In this document: in pieces, positions 11,641 through 22,332 of the stretch | Layout: each line of letters opens with the position of its first letter | Position numbering within the stretch: the stretch's first letter is position 1 | Assembly (NCBI RefSeq): GCF_001194135.2 | Contig: NC_068986.1 | Coordinates: forward strand, 70,952,605 to 71,016,604 | Source: Octopus bimaculoides | Taxonomy: Eukaryota | Reading direction: 5' to 3' | Length of the DNA: 64,000 bases | Notes under the pieces: generated by a model | Databases searched by the model: none | What the model was told of the DNA's origin: nothing | The model's input: the letters and a program-made list of their open reading frames with translations, nothing else | Made by a program: the position numbers and the translations under genes

Positions 11641-11897
11641 TTGTGTGTCTGTGTTTGTCCCCTTAACGTCACTTGACAACCGATGCTGGTGCGTTTACGT
11701 CCCCGTAACTTAGTGGTTCGGCAAAGAGACCGATAGAATAAGTACTAGGCTTAGAAAGAATAAGTNNNNNNNNNNGACCGATAGAATAAGTACTAGGCTT
11801 AGAAAGAATAAGTCCTGGGGTCGATTTGCTCGACTAAAGGCGGTGCTCCAGCACGGCCGCAGTCAAATGCCTGAAACAAATAAAAGAATAAAAGAAT
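11641..11897 (+). mobile_element. SINE family A, 3' half, CpG-intact (spans a 10-N gap with artefactual duplication)
   Basis: cttgacaaccgatgctggtgcgtttacgtccccgtaacttagtggttcggc...ggggtcgatttgctcgactaaaggcggtgctccagc...(taaaagaa)n tail. Confidence 0.9.
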
Positions 11898-11899
11898 AT

Positions 11900-12460
11900 G
11901 AGCTACTTACAGTTTCTTGCTGCGAAGACATGTACCTAGGCATGTATTTATAACATGCCTAGTATCTTCAAGCAATCTCCGGGCTCTGAGCACATTGTCT
12001 GTTCTATTTGAAGATAAGAACGCTGGTACTCAGGGAATTACGAGAAAAAAGAAGGTTGATGCTAAAAAAGGGGAAGGGTGAATATAAACGGAAAAAGAAA
12101 GGAAAGAAAATTAGTGTTATGGCCTCTTTGACTGTAAAAGCCGCATTGAAATAGTTCTAGTAGAATAATTCAACGGATAGGGGTCCAAAGTCTGCGAGAT
12201 AGCTACTCAATTCGGAGAGGGTGATATCCTCTAGTTCCTCAAAGGAAATTTGTTCATATATTTGCATTTGCTGAAAATTTCGGATCTGGAATTAAGCAGT
12301 GCAGTGGAATTCTTATCTCTAAAAAGAACGTGCGATCTTTCAACTCCACATAAGTTGCATTTCTTAGATTCATTTATAAGTTTAATAAAAACCTGCTTAG
12401 ACACATATCTTCACACCAAGAAACTATTAGTAGCTCGAATCTTAACACTCTATACATTAA
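11900..12460 (-). mobile_element. Penelope-like element, 3' fragment (GIY-YIG C-terminus plus 3' UTR)
   Basis: Minus translation KKCNLCGVERSHVLFRDKNSTALLNSRSEIFSKCKYMNKF matches the CNLC..EK..I...LLNxRSE..KCRHxNKF tail of PLE endonucleases. Confidence 0.6.
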
Positions 12461-12499
12461 ATGGTAATACACACACACACACGTGTGTGTGTGTGTGTG

Positions 12500-12687
12500 T
12501 GTTTGTATTCGTGTATGTCCCTGCAAAATGCTTGACAATCAGTGTTGGTTCATTCATTTAAGCCGCCGTAACCTAGCCATTCGTCAAAAGGGACCGATAA
12601 AAAATAAATAATAGAGTCTTGTTCGACCACAACCCTTCAAGACGGCATGGCCGCAGTCCAATAACTGAAGCAAATGAAAGGAAAGAT
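12500..12687 (+). mobile_element. SINE family A, 3' half
   Basis: tgcttgacaatcagtgttgg...ccgtaacctagc...ccttcaagacggcatggccgcagtc. Confidence 0.7.
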
Positions 12688-12699
12688 AGGAAGGTAGTA

Positions 12700-13280
12700 G
12701 TGATTCGAAACCTAACCTCTAAATTACTCGGTTAGGCATCACGAGTGAGTGACCATATTGACTGACTATAAATCGACCAATCAGCTTGAAGCTGTAGCGT
12801 GATATGGTTTCACTTTTAAAAATTGTTTCGTGCTTAACTCATCGTTGAGTGTTGAGAGCGACCGAAAAATTCACACTCCATACAGACGACCTCCAGCATT
12901 CGAGCAGACAGCTTGGAAATTTGCTCTGACGATTTCGGGTTCTCGGACAGACCGATTCTGAATATTCACACGATATCCCATAAGCAGCTTCTACGGACAC
13001 CGTGCGATTTTTCTCTCCTCTCAGTGGGCAGTTGTATTATTAAGATCTTTCTTAGTAAATAGCCAACATCAATATCGCGTCTGGCAATAAATATTAAAGT
13101 TAAAAGTTCGTGAGTTTAGTTCAGTTATTATTCATGTAGCCAACGACATTCCAGACGTGCACTACAACAGGGTAATCGTGACTCAGATGTTTAAAATATA
13201 TCTTTATTAACCAGCTCGACATGAGCGACCCAATCAACCCCACGACCAGATCATTATTTTACGTAGTCTAAGTACTTGGG
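12700..13280. promoter_or_regulatory. CpG-rich, repeat-free segment with a CCAAT box; candidate promoter or 5' exon
   Basis: Many CpGs, gaccaatcagc at ~12776 and a possible donor cagg|gtaatc at ~13171. No recognisable TE motif. No transcript evidence. Confidence 0.3.
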
Positions 13281-13946
13281 CTTTTGTTTCTGCTTTTTGT
13301 TTTGATTCACATATTTGTAATGGTGGCTTTGGCTAAAACATATTTACATACATGCTGCCATACTGACATTCTAGTTTCTTCCATCGACTTTCAATTTACA
13401 CGAAAGTCAAAGAAATTTTTCATATTTTACCAAATTGCCATACATCTTTTTTCAGCTGAGATTGAAGACTATCAGAAAATTATCGAATAGCCTTTGTTTA
13501 CTCTAAGCCTGTTTTTCCAAAATGAATAATAATTCTTAATTCTTTAATTGCTTTTTCTTAAAAGTATTTTTATTTTATTTTGTTTGAGCCAAAAATTTAT
13601 TGTATTTAATTCAAATTAAGATACATAAATCTTTCTTTGAGTTATACTTCATCTTTCTTTATAAGGTCTGCCAAGTTTTAATTATTAAAAACAATATTAT
13701 AAATACCAATGTTCTTAAACAGAAGAAATTGTTGAAAAAATAATGATGGGTTTGGCGTTCTGAAACTTCAACTTAAAATAAATGTGAATCAGAAATACAA
13801 AAAGGTTTTAGTGTTATGACGCTCATAATACCAATAACTGGCGTTAAATATTTTTGAATGTTTGAATTCATTTATGTAATCCTTTCAGATGAATACGCTT
13901 AGTACGACTCCTTGGTTTTCTCAGTTACCACTCTATGGAATTGGAT

Positions 13947-14145
13947 GAAGGCAGAAGCGCTGGACAAAATGTTTAGTGACATTTCTTCTGGCGTTTTACG
14001 TACACAGTTCAAATTCCGCTGAGGTCAATTTTGCTTTCCATCTTTTCAAGGTTGATCAAGTAACTTACCATTTATGAACCGAGGTCGATATAATCGACTA
14101 CCCACTTTTTCTAAAATGGCTGGCCTTGTGCCAAAATTTGAAGCG
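13947..14145 (+). mobile_element. SINE family B
   Basis: ggacaaaatgtttagtg...gttcaaattccgctgaggtc...gaggtcgatataatcgact...ggccttgtgccaaaatttgaa. Confidence 0.8.
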
Positions 14146-14238
14146 AAAGATATTATAATAGGGACTTCTCTGTGAATCACTCACTGTGCTAAGTCTTTAA
14201 CTTAAAATTGTTTTAATGAATACTAATTATCTTCAGTT

Positions 14239-17187
14239 CAGTTGCAGACACGAATTCTTTCTGCGAACGAAGTATCTTGTGTAAGAAATGAAACAAACAC
14301 TCAAATAATTTGTTTAATTTCTTATTTGAACGGGCGAAACAAATTAATTTTTGTAAACAAATTTTCGTAATACAACTTTGCGGGAATATCTGAAGAAGTG
14401 CTTCTTTTAATGCTTTTACTCCGGCGATGAAAATTTCTGTTTCATAGGTTTGAATCTGATCCTTGACTTGAGACTTGGATAAAAGTATTTTGTACGTGTT
14501 TCAGTATTGTTCCCACTAAAATCAAGTTCTGTTCTGTGGCTAAGAAAAAATTTTCCGTTTTTAACAAAGGTTAAGATCAAAGACAAATAACACGGAAGTA
14601 CATAAGTGGATACCAAAAACGATCTGTTGAAATTTCTGAATATCAAAAGCTATTGAACTGTTTTACAATGCAAAGTTTGTCAACATATACAAACGCAACA
14701 TAGCCAAGCACCAGTGAAGCCAGTGATAACGTAAAAACAGTAGAAGCTCTTTGTAACCATTTTCATACCACTGTTGACATTTTTGATCGAGACAATGATA
14801 ACTTAAATATGTTTTGCCTAAAGATTGGCCCAGAATATGTCTAATTTAATAGCACCACCTGAAAGGATCTGGTAAATAACTTTAAAAGTCAAGTTTTGAG
14901 GTATCTTGGCCCATTCAAGTCGGAAGTTATTGTTGACTGAGATGTATTCCGTTATAAGTACCTTATCTGCTATCCCTTGAAGAAACTTGTCCAGGTATCG
15001 TTTGAAGGTGATGGCTCTTTTTCTTCTTTGATTTATTTTGGGATAATGTTAAATAGAACAAGGCCTGTTAGAACAGGAAAAGAAATTGTGTTGCAGTGAA
15101 CTTATGCACTGTGAGCCTGAATTGTGTAGGGGCGTACATGGACCCAGCCTTAGATGAATTCTGAATTTGTTATTAGGTGGTATATTCTCCACCTTGTGCA
15201 AATGATATAGCGTTCACATCGGTGTAGGACAGAATAAATTATCAAGGCTTTAACTCGGTCCCAATAATCAAGATCAGTCATGCCTGTTATAATTCTTTTT
15301 TAGTGATTGCTGTCTGAGGTTACTCAGATCTCGTAATGTTTTGTTTGATGTGGAGAGAACATTCTAGGTGTGGCCATACAAAGGAGAAAAGAGGAATGAT
15401 GACAGCTTGTTCTCTGGACCGGAAAGTTTTAAGGATCTAGAAACTTATCCTGCAAACCGTATCGACTTTATTGTTGGTGTGAGCAGCACTGCCGAAGTTG
15501 TCAACAATTACTCCCAAGCCCCTGACATTATTGGATGTTGTGAGTAGTTCCCCTGAAAAGAAGAAAATGAGGTTGTTTGAGTGCATTCTTTTTCCAAAGT
15601 GCATAAGTTCAAATTTTATCTCGTTTAGCCGCATGTTGTCTTACCACAGAGCAGTTAACCACAGATTCCGATATTGGATAATTTTAACTGGAAGATATTG
15701 TGGAGGACTCTGTCGAAAGTTTTACTGAACTCACAGGGTAATCTAAAGTTTTGTATGGTCTTCACATATTGAAGCAGTTAGAATAATTAATAACGGATAC
15801 GAGGGTATTTTACAAACTCTTACATATGTTGTTGAAGACCTAGAGAATCCCCAAAGTAAACAAGATGCAAAGAATTTATATCACAGATAGATAAATCTGG
15901 TATTTGCTATTTTAATGGTCGTTTAGTATGTTGGAGTATTTCAGCAAAACAAGAAACTCTAAACTCCGTGTTTTGATGTTTTTGAAGAACGTTATCTTCT
16001 GATGTCATTTTATATTTTGTTTGCTGAAGAACTTCAATAAAATTTGAGATAAGACAATGACTCAGAAGTAAACGCTTTATCATTATGTTGCTTCCAAATG
16101 TATTTTGGCAAATTTTCAAATGGAACAAGTCGTAGCGATTCTTTGAGAAGAACCGATAGCAGAGGTGAAATTTTAAACCAATTTCAAATCTGCTTGGTTA
16201 TCTAATTAGTTAAGAGAACTGGCCCATATGAATGTTTTTGAAATTGATTAGGAATTATAATATCATATTACAAAGAGGATATTGACCTCAAATTAGTCAA
16301 TGAATATTTATCAGTTCAGAGAATATTTGCACTTTAGAAAATCCCAGAACACGGAAGAAAACACGTCATCCACGATACAATGCGCAGAAATTCTTTAATT
16401 ATTTGTGAGTAACACCTACTTGAAGTTTTTCCCAACATTACTAGGCCACTTAAGCTGTACTTAACGCCTCTCACGAATTATAGAGCAGAGAGGAATTTCA
16501 TAAAGCTGTCCTTTGTAAAGAATAAATTTCGGTCTACTATGACTGAAAAGAACTTAAACTCTTTATCCATATTGTCCCTAGAAAATAACATTTCAGGGAA
16601 AATTTCATATGACATTTGCGTAAATATATTGCTAGAAGAAAAGAGAAAAAAGAATATTTTGTAAAATCGTGTTCATATAATATATATTCTAATAGGTATT
16701 TAAAATGGAAGATTATATTAACACTGGTCCTTACTATGTTTATTTCACCAGTCTGCAATGTATGAAGCATGTATTTAAAAGACCCTTAATTTTCGTCCTC
16801 TCAACTACTAAAATGCTATAAAGTATAGGTCATTTTTATTTGCATTAGTGATTTAGATATGTGAGATAACTGCAGTACAATTTAAATCAAAATCTGAGAT
16901 GCTCTGGTTAATTTAAAAAAATTGGGTATTTTATGTCATGGAACAAACACATTGAATATGGTAACTGCTTATTCAGAGCTCGTTAATAGAAGGAAGGGTC
17001 TCACTTCACGATCCCATTTTCAAAGACTTCATCCAATCATTGTTTTCCACTCTTTGAGCTTGAAGATCCTTACATGGGCAACAAAGCCTTTCAGACTTTG
17101 TTGGATGTTGCCAAATTGTCATTGATTTCTAAGGAGGCCCCATATTAGTTCATGCTTCAGGGCCTCAAGACTGTAAGTCTGCCACTG
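14239..17187 (+). mobile_element. Decayed hAT transposon, interrupted by a CR1-like LINE
   Basis: Putative TIRs cagttgcagac (14239) and gtctgccactg (17177-87). N-terminal RKYISGYQKR at ~14595. Dimerisation domain AERNFIKLSFVKNKFRSTMTEKNLNSLSILSLEN at ~16485-16590. No 8-bp TSD recognisable. Confidence 0.65.
14820..15785 (-). mobile_element. CR1/L2-group LINE, 3' portion (RT C-terminus)
   Basis: Minus ORF 15437-15634 reads MRLNEIKFELMHFGK...NVRGLGVIVDN, matching the NxMxLNxxKFxLLHFG...VRDLGVIVD motif. Downstream remnants read VLFNIIP. Confidence 0.75.
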
Positions 17188-17189
17188 AA

Positions 17190-17650
17190 CATTAAGCGAT
17201 TAAGTGAAGAATTCCTGAACAGGAATACTGAAAGTATAGCTCGTCCTTACGAAACAGGTTCTACTGAACTAGAGAAGCAGAAAAAAGTAGCCTCCTCTGA
17301 ACTCGTGCTAGCTTCTTTACGCCTTTGCTAAACTGAATCAAGAGTACCTACTAAATACCCGATAAACAAGAGAGTTAAGGATGCCTTTAAACCTCTTCTA
17401 TCACAGTATTAATATTGGGAAAATATTGTGATAAAAAATATTGATTGTGCCACAGCAACGAGGGAGATATTCACATCATCATCAGCTGTCCAGAAGTGTC
17501 TAGAAAGTACTACCTTCCTATGAATTATATCATTGTTGTTAAAACCATTTAAAATGCTATCTGCACAAAGGATTGTCTTGATGGCTATATCAAAAGCACA
17601 CCAGAAGGCGAATGTGTTCACACCTTTAGAAATAAGGAATATTGGGATTG
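17190..17650 (+). mobile_element. R4/Dong-like element, old fragment (CCHC zinc-knuckle region)
   Basis: + frame KYCDKKY*LCHSNEGDIHIIISCPEVSRKYYLPMNYIIVVKTI*NAICTKDC...HTFRNKEYW, homologous to the MRHDVVAKTIYNAIRKKDC segment of the copy at 58.3-58.5 kb. Confidence 0.65.
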
Positions 17651-18434
17651 TGGCCTGTCTGCAGCAATCCTATTCAATCAGGGTTTGACCAGCCTCCAAT
17701 AGCTTCAAATAATTGTTTAAATTGAGCCTAAGCTCAATTCAAAGATATGGGCTTGAACCCTGGCTTGCAGACGCAGTCAGAACACCTGCTGGGTCCTTTC
17801 ATGCTGGCCACAGCTTCGTAGTCTCCATTGCAGCTGTTCATGTCTTACAGTCCTTACAGTGTGCACAGAGCATTGAGTAACATCAAGATGTCGACATTTT
17901 GATACCCGACGCGAAGCATCATGATACAGGTAACTTCGTTTCGAATATTCAGATGACTTCCAGCCCTCCATATCAGCTAATTTTTTCTCGACTACACCTT
18001 TAATTTTTATGCTCTCTAGCGCCGTTGACTGTTCACCAGTACATGAAATTGTTCCTGAAAAAAAGAAAATGAGACATTAAAACATCGTCAAGTTTTGCTC
18101 GACGTCCTATGTATATATCACTATATAACTATGTGTGTGTATGTGTTTGTAATTAGGGAACAACTTCTCTTTCAAACATAATATGTGTGTGTGTGTACGT
18201 GTGTGTGTGAGTGTAGTTTTCGAAATAAAAGCTGTACACACGTACGCACGCACACACACATACACACACAAAATACACGCAGAACACACACACACACATC
18301 TTTAATGGTGACTCTTACAGAACTTATGTTTCATTATTCGTAGAGAAATCATCATAGTTATACACATACGTACATACACATACGTACATATACATAAAAA
18401 CATATATACATACATACATACATACATACATACA

Positions 18435-18957
18435 GAAAATCCCTCTGTTATGGAATACATACATGAACACAAACTCAAGGAATACTAGTGGAATATTCCC
18501 ATCAAAACTTCTGTCAAATGTAAACCTAACAGGCTGGATATTGTTGTTTGGGACAGAGGGGCAAAGGTATGTACCATCATAGAGATCAGCTGCCCTGCAG
18601 ATATAAATATCTCTTTGAAAATCTATGGAGAACTTCTTCGAAACCTCCAGCTTCTATATCCAGACTATGAATTCATATTCATACCAATAATATTTGGAGC
18701 ACTAGGTTTTGTTAGTAAATGCTTAAAAGAGAATCTGGATAAACTGGGATTTTCGGAAAGAGAAATCGACCGACTAATTTGTACATTACAAGTGCAATCT
18801 GTAAGTGGAACAGTAAAAATATGCAAGACTTTTCTCAAGTTCCAAACGTGAATTTGTCTGTGTTAACTACATCCCAAGGATGGAACCTTGTATCTTTGTT
18901 GGAAACCGGCTCCCTCCTCAGTGGAAGATTTATAATAATTAAAAAGTAGAAAAGAGA
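18435..18957 (+). mobile_element. R4/Dong-like (restriction-like endonuclease) retrotransposon, 5'-truncated, family 'CATA'
   Basis: ENPSVMEYIHEHKLKEY*WNIPIKTSVKCKPNRLDIVVWDRGAKVCTIIEISCP...IPIIFGALG...KTFLKFQT* (PD..E-type RLE domain) plus a ~105 nt 3' UTR. (CATA)n lies on both sides. Confidence 0.85.
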
Positions 18958-19649
18958 CATACATACATACTCACACACATACCTACACATATATTCTCGT
19001 ACTCCACGAGGAAAGAGAAAGGAGGGCTGATACAATTGAGCGATGTAATTACAAGTAACACACACACACAAACGTACACAGAAAAATGCACACATACACG
19101 CACAGAATGGTACACACACATACGTAGCGCAGTGTGAAAAGTTGATAATATTACATCTTGGCAACTTTTCTGTTTCATTTGTTTTTATCTCCATCTAATC
19201 CTCTTGCTATTTATTTATCTTTATATGCCTTTTTAACTAGCGATATCTACCTCTCTGACGTATATGGTTTTGTTTGTCTATTTTTCTGTCATTAATTGCT
19301 TATATGCCTCTATTGCTCTCTCTTTTCATCACTTTTCACCTATCAACCTTCCATAAGCTCACATATACTTCTGTATTAATTCGTAAAATAAGATGGCTGA
19401 TCGATCAAAATCAACAACTAGAAGAGCCACGATCTAACGTGAGTGAGCCTTTTCTGTGTTCGCTCCAACTGTAACAAACAACAGCCAAACCTTCTACAAG
19501 CCACATGTCCGATGATCTTGAAAAAAAAAAAAAAAAAAAAGAGAGGACATATTGAACAGTGAGACCTTTGTTAAGAGAAAAGACAGGATGGTTACAGTGG
19601 GAAGCCTTTTCTCGTAGGACAGCTCGATCAGGGCTAAGCGGGTCTAAAT

Positions 19650-19774
19650 TAGTCATGGGAAAACTGCGGCCCGTGGGCCTTTCTGGATGGCATGCTTAAA
19701 AAAAAATATCTTGAGTATTTTTTTAGTAATGCGATCCGTCTGAGGATGAGCCGTATCTCATGCGGCCCGCATCT
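19650..19774 (+). mobile_element. hAT-type MITE end, cut by an N-gap
   Basis: tagtcatgggaaaactgcggcccgtgggcc...tgcggcccgc resembles the CAG...GGCAAACT.CGGCCCGCGGGCC termini of hAT non-autonomous elements. Confidence 0.45.
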
Positions 19775-20232
19775 NNNNNNNNNNNNNNNNNNNNNNNNNN
19801 NNNNNNNNNNNNNNNNNNNNNNNNNNNNNNNNNNNNNNNNNNNNNNNNNNNNNNNNNNNNNNNNNNNNNNNNNNNNNNNNNNNNNNNNNNNNNNNNNNNN
19901 NNNNNNNNNNNNNNNNNNNNNNNNNNNNNNNNNNNNNNNNNNNNNNNNNNNNNNNNNNNNNNNNNNNNNNNNNNNNNNNNNNNNNNNNNNNNNNNNNNNN
20001 NNNNNNNNNNNNNNNNNNNNNNNNNNNNNNNNNNNNNNNNNNNNNNNNNNNNNNNNNNNCCTTTTTCTCTCTGTCTTTCTTCCCCATTTTCTCTATTACA
20101 TGACTTTGTAAATGAACAATCTGGTGTGTTTATAGCAATGGCCTGAAAATGTACACAGTGCGTTTCTCTGCGCTTGGTGCCAGGAAGACACTCGGCAAGA
20201 AATGGAAACAGGATTGAAAGAAGATGATTATG

Positions 20233-20240
20233 AAATAATA

Positions 20241-20305
<65 letters not shown>
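20233..20305. repeat. (TAA)n microsatellite
   Basis: Read directly. Confidence 0.95.
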
Positions 20306-20307
<2 letters not shown>

Positions 20308-20965
20308 TAGTCTCTGCTATGCCGCATCTGTAATAGAATGGACGAAACCATTGCCCATATCGCGAACGAATGCCCTAGACTTGCCCAAAACCACTAAAAG
20401 TTGTGGCGACACGATCAGGTAGCGAAAGTGCTACATTGGAAATTGTGTGAAAAGTGGGGGCTAGAGAGAGGCAAGATGTGGTATGAGTACAAATTGCAGA
20501 GAGTGGCGGAGTCGGAGACTTGCAAAATCTTCTGGGATTTCCCAATCCAAACAGATCAGGTGCTAGAGAGCATAACAGACAGGACCTAGTGGCAGTCGAC
20601 AAGGTGCACCACGTGCTATATAGTTGATGTTGCGTGCTTCTTGGACTCACGAATAGTCAAGAAGGAAGGCGAATCCACTTAAGTACGAAATAGCCCGGTT
20701 ATGGAAAATGAAGAAGGTGAAGATAGTGCCAATTATTGTTGACTCCTTGGGGACAGTACCAGAAGGTATCAAGAGGAATATAAAGGAAATCGGAATGGGG
20801 TGCCAAGTAGAAGTATTACAAAAGGTTTGCATCCTTGGCACGACCAAAATAATCAGGAAAGTATTAGATAGCTGAAAGAACAGATAGCATGGTACCGTAG
20901 GCTGCAGGCAGCAAGCCCGCTACGCATGCAAGACTCCAGGAGTTCCGACAAAAACTTGTGACAAA
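20306..20965 (+). mobile_element. R4/Dong-like retrotransposon, 5'-truncated, family 'TAA', copy 1
   Basis: CCHC region (DETIAHIANECP...WRHDQVAKVLHWKLC), IFWDFPIQTDQ, RLE motif, LQKVCILGTTKIIRKVLDS* and 3' UTR. Directly preceded by (TAA)n. Confidence 0.85.
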
Positions 20966-20977
20966 AAGAAAAAAAAA

Positions 20978-21100
20978 ATGATTTCAAATTTTGGCACAAG
21001 GCCATCAATTTCAGGGGAGGGGAAGTCGATTATATCGACTCCAGTGTTCAACTGGTACTTATTTTATCAACCCCAAAAGGATGAACGGTGAAATCGACCA
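20978..21100 (-). mobile_element. SINE family B, 5'-truncated
   Basis: Reverse complement reads ggtcgatttcaccgttcatcctttt...gataaaataagtaccag...gccttgtgccaaaatttgaaa. Confidence 0.8.
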
Positions 21101-22332
21101 TTATTTTACCGGCATCTGTTTTGATATTAAGATTGAAAAAAAATCGACTTTATTTGTAAAAGAGTTTGTACCTGGGTTTGTAACCCCCAAGCAAATTTTG
21201 TTCCTGCTCTTATGTTGTCAGCTTACCAGAATCAGGTACTGCAACGGCTTATATGTTTTCATTCAGGTGAACAGGGTCATTCCAAGAAGTATGTTGGTTA
21301 TAGATACAGCATTGATACGATCTAAAGATTTTTCGAGGAGTTAGCTGATATCGCATCAACTTCTGTCACTACGTCTATCAAGCGTTGCTCATTCTGTTAC
21401 TTCAGCTTATAGCAATAATTTCATTATAACTATCTTTACATTTATATCACTACAACGATGTAACATATGGTTCAGTACTCACAGTACTGATCTACACACA
21501 TAGAAAAACATTATTAATATAATCGGTTATTAACTCTTCATATAGTGAGATTATTATAATTTATTACAAAAATATTCACAAAAATTCGACCATAATTGCG
21601 ACTCTAGCATTTAAGATCTAATGATTGCTAATATTTAGTCTCATAAATTACTAGAACCAACAATAATGAGTAACTTGTCTTTAGGGCAATTCATTTATCT
21701 TGCTTGATCAAATTAGGTCTACTACGGTTGAAAACGATCAAATAACCGAGGCAATCAATGTTGGCTCGTATTTCTTGGCACAGAGTATTGTATACCAATG
21801 AGGAAACTGTACATCATAATTTCCTGATATATTTGTAACTATATTGGTTTTACTTCCTTTAAGAACTGGGCATTTACTCCACTTCAGTATTAATGGGTGA
21901 TAGGAACAAGAAATAACATCCAATCTTTTCAAGATTGATTTTTAAGCACATACGAATGCTCAGTGTTGTACACCATTAGTGCAACACTTCAAGGACCATG
22001 TCAAAACGCGCACTTCATTAGAGTTTAGCTTTATCCTCATTTTCTGTCTTTTGATACCAGATTTGCTTTTATCAAAACTTGTAACGTTAAATACACTTTT
22101 TAAAATTATCTTTTGACAAAGATTCATGAATATTTCAGTAGCATATACATTATAACTTTGAATCTATATTCATGCAGTTTCGAATAAATCATAACAAAGT
22201 AATATGAAGCATGCCTACATACATACATACATACATACACACACACACATGTGGATGTGTGTATTCACCCCATTCAGTCGACGAGCGTAGGCTCGAAACG
22301 TAAAAGACTTCCATTTTTCCCGAGTAGTTTTC

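Noticed and set aside
11728-11813. 38-bp direct repeat inside a SINE
   Set aside because: The copies sit either side of a 10-N gap, so this is an assembly overlap artefact.
17400-17900. Minus-strand frames resembling neprilysin (LFEAIGGWS), SLC22 (AQSIFF..CDR) or EGF-like (CSDCVCKPGF) proteins
   Set aside because: The + strand of 17190-17650 is better explained as an R4/Dong CCHC region. The remainder has stops in every frame and looks like a LINE remnant.
19692-20146. Long ORFs spanning N runs (also 10163-10603, 38314-38729, 43410-44128)
   Set aside because: They are open only because N codons contain no stops.
21738-21932. 64-aa minus ORF with Cys spacing vaguely like a sushi domain
   Set aside because: No credible acceptor or donor, and the resemblance is too weak.
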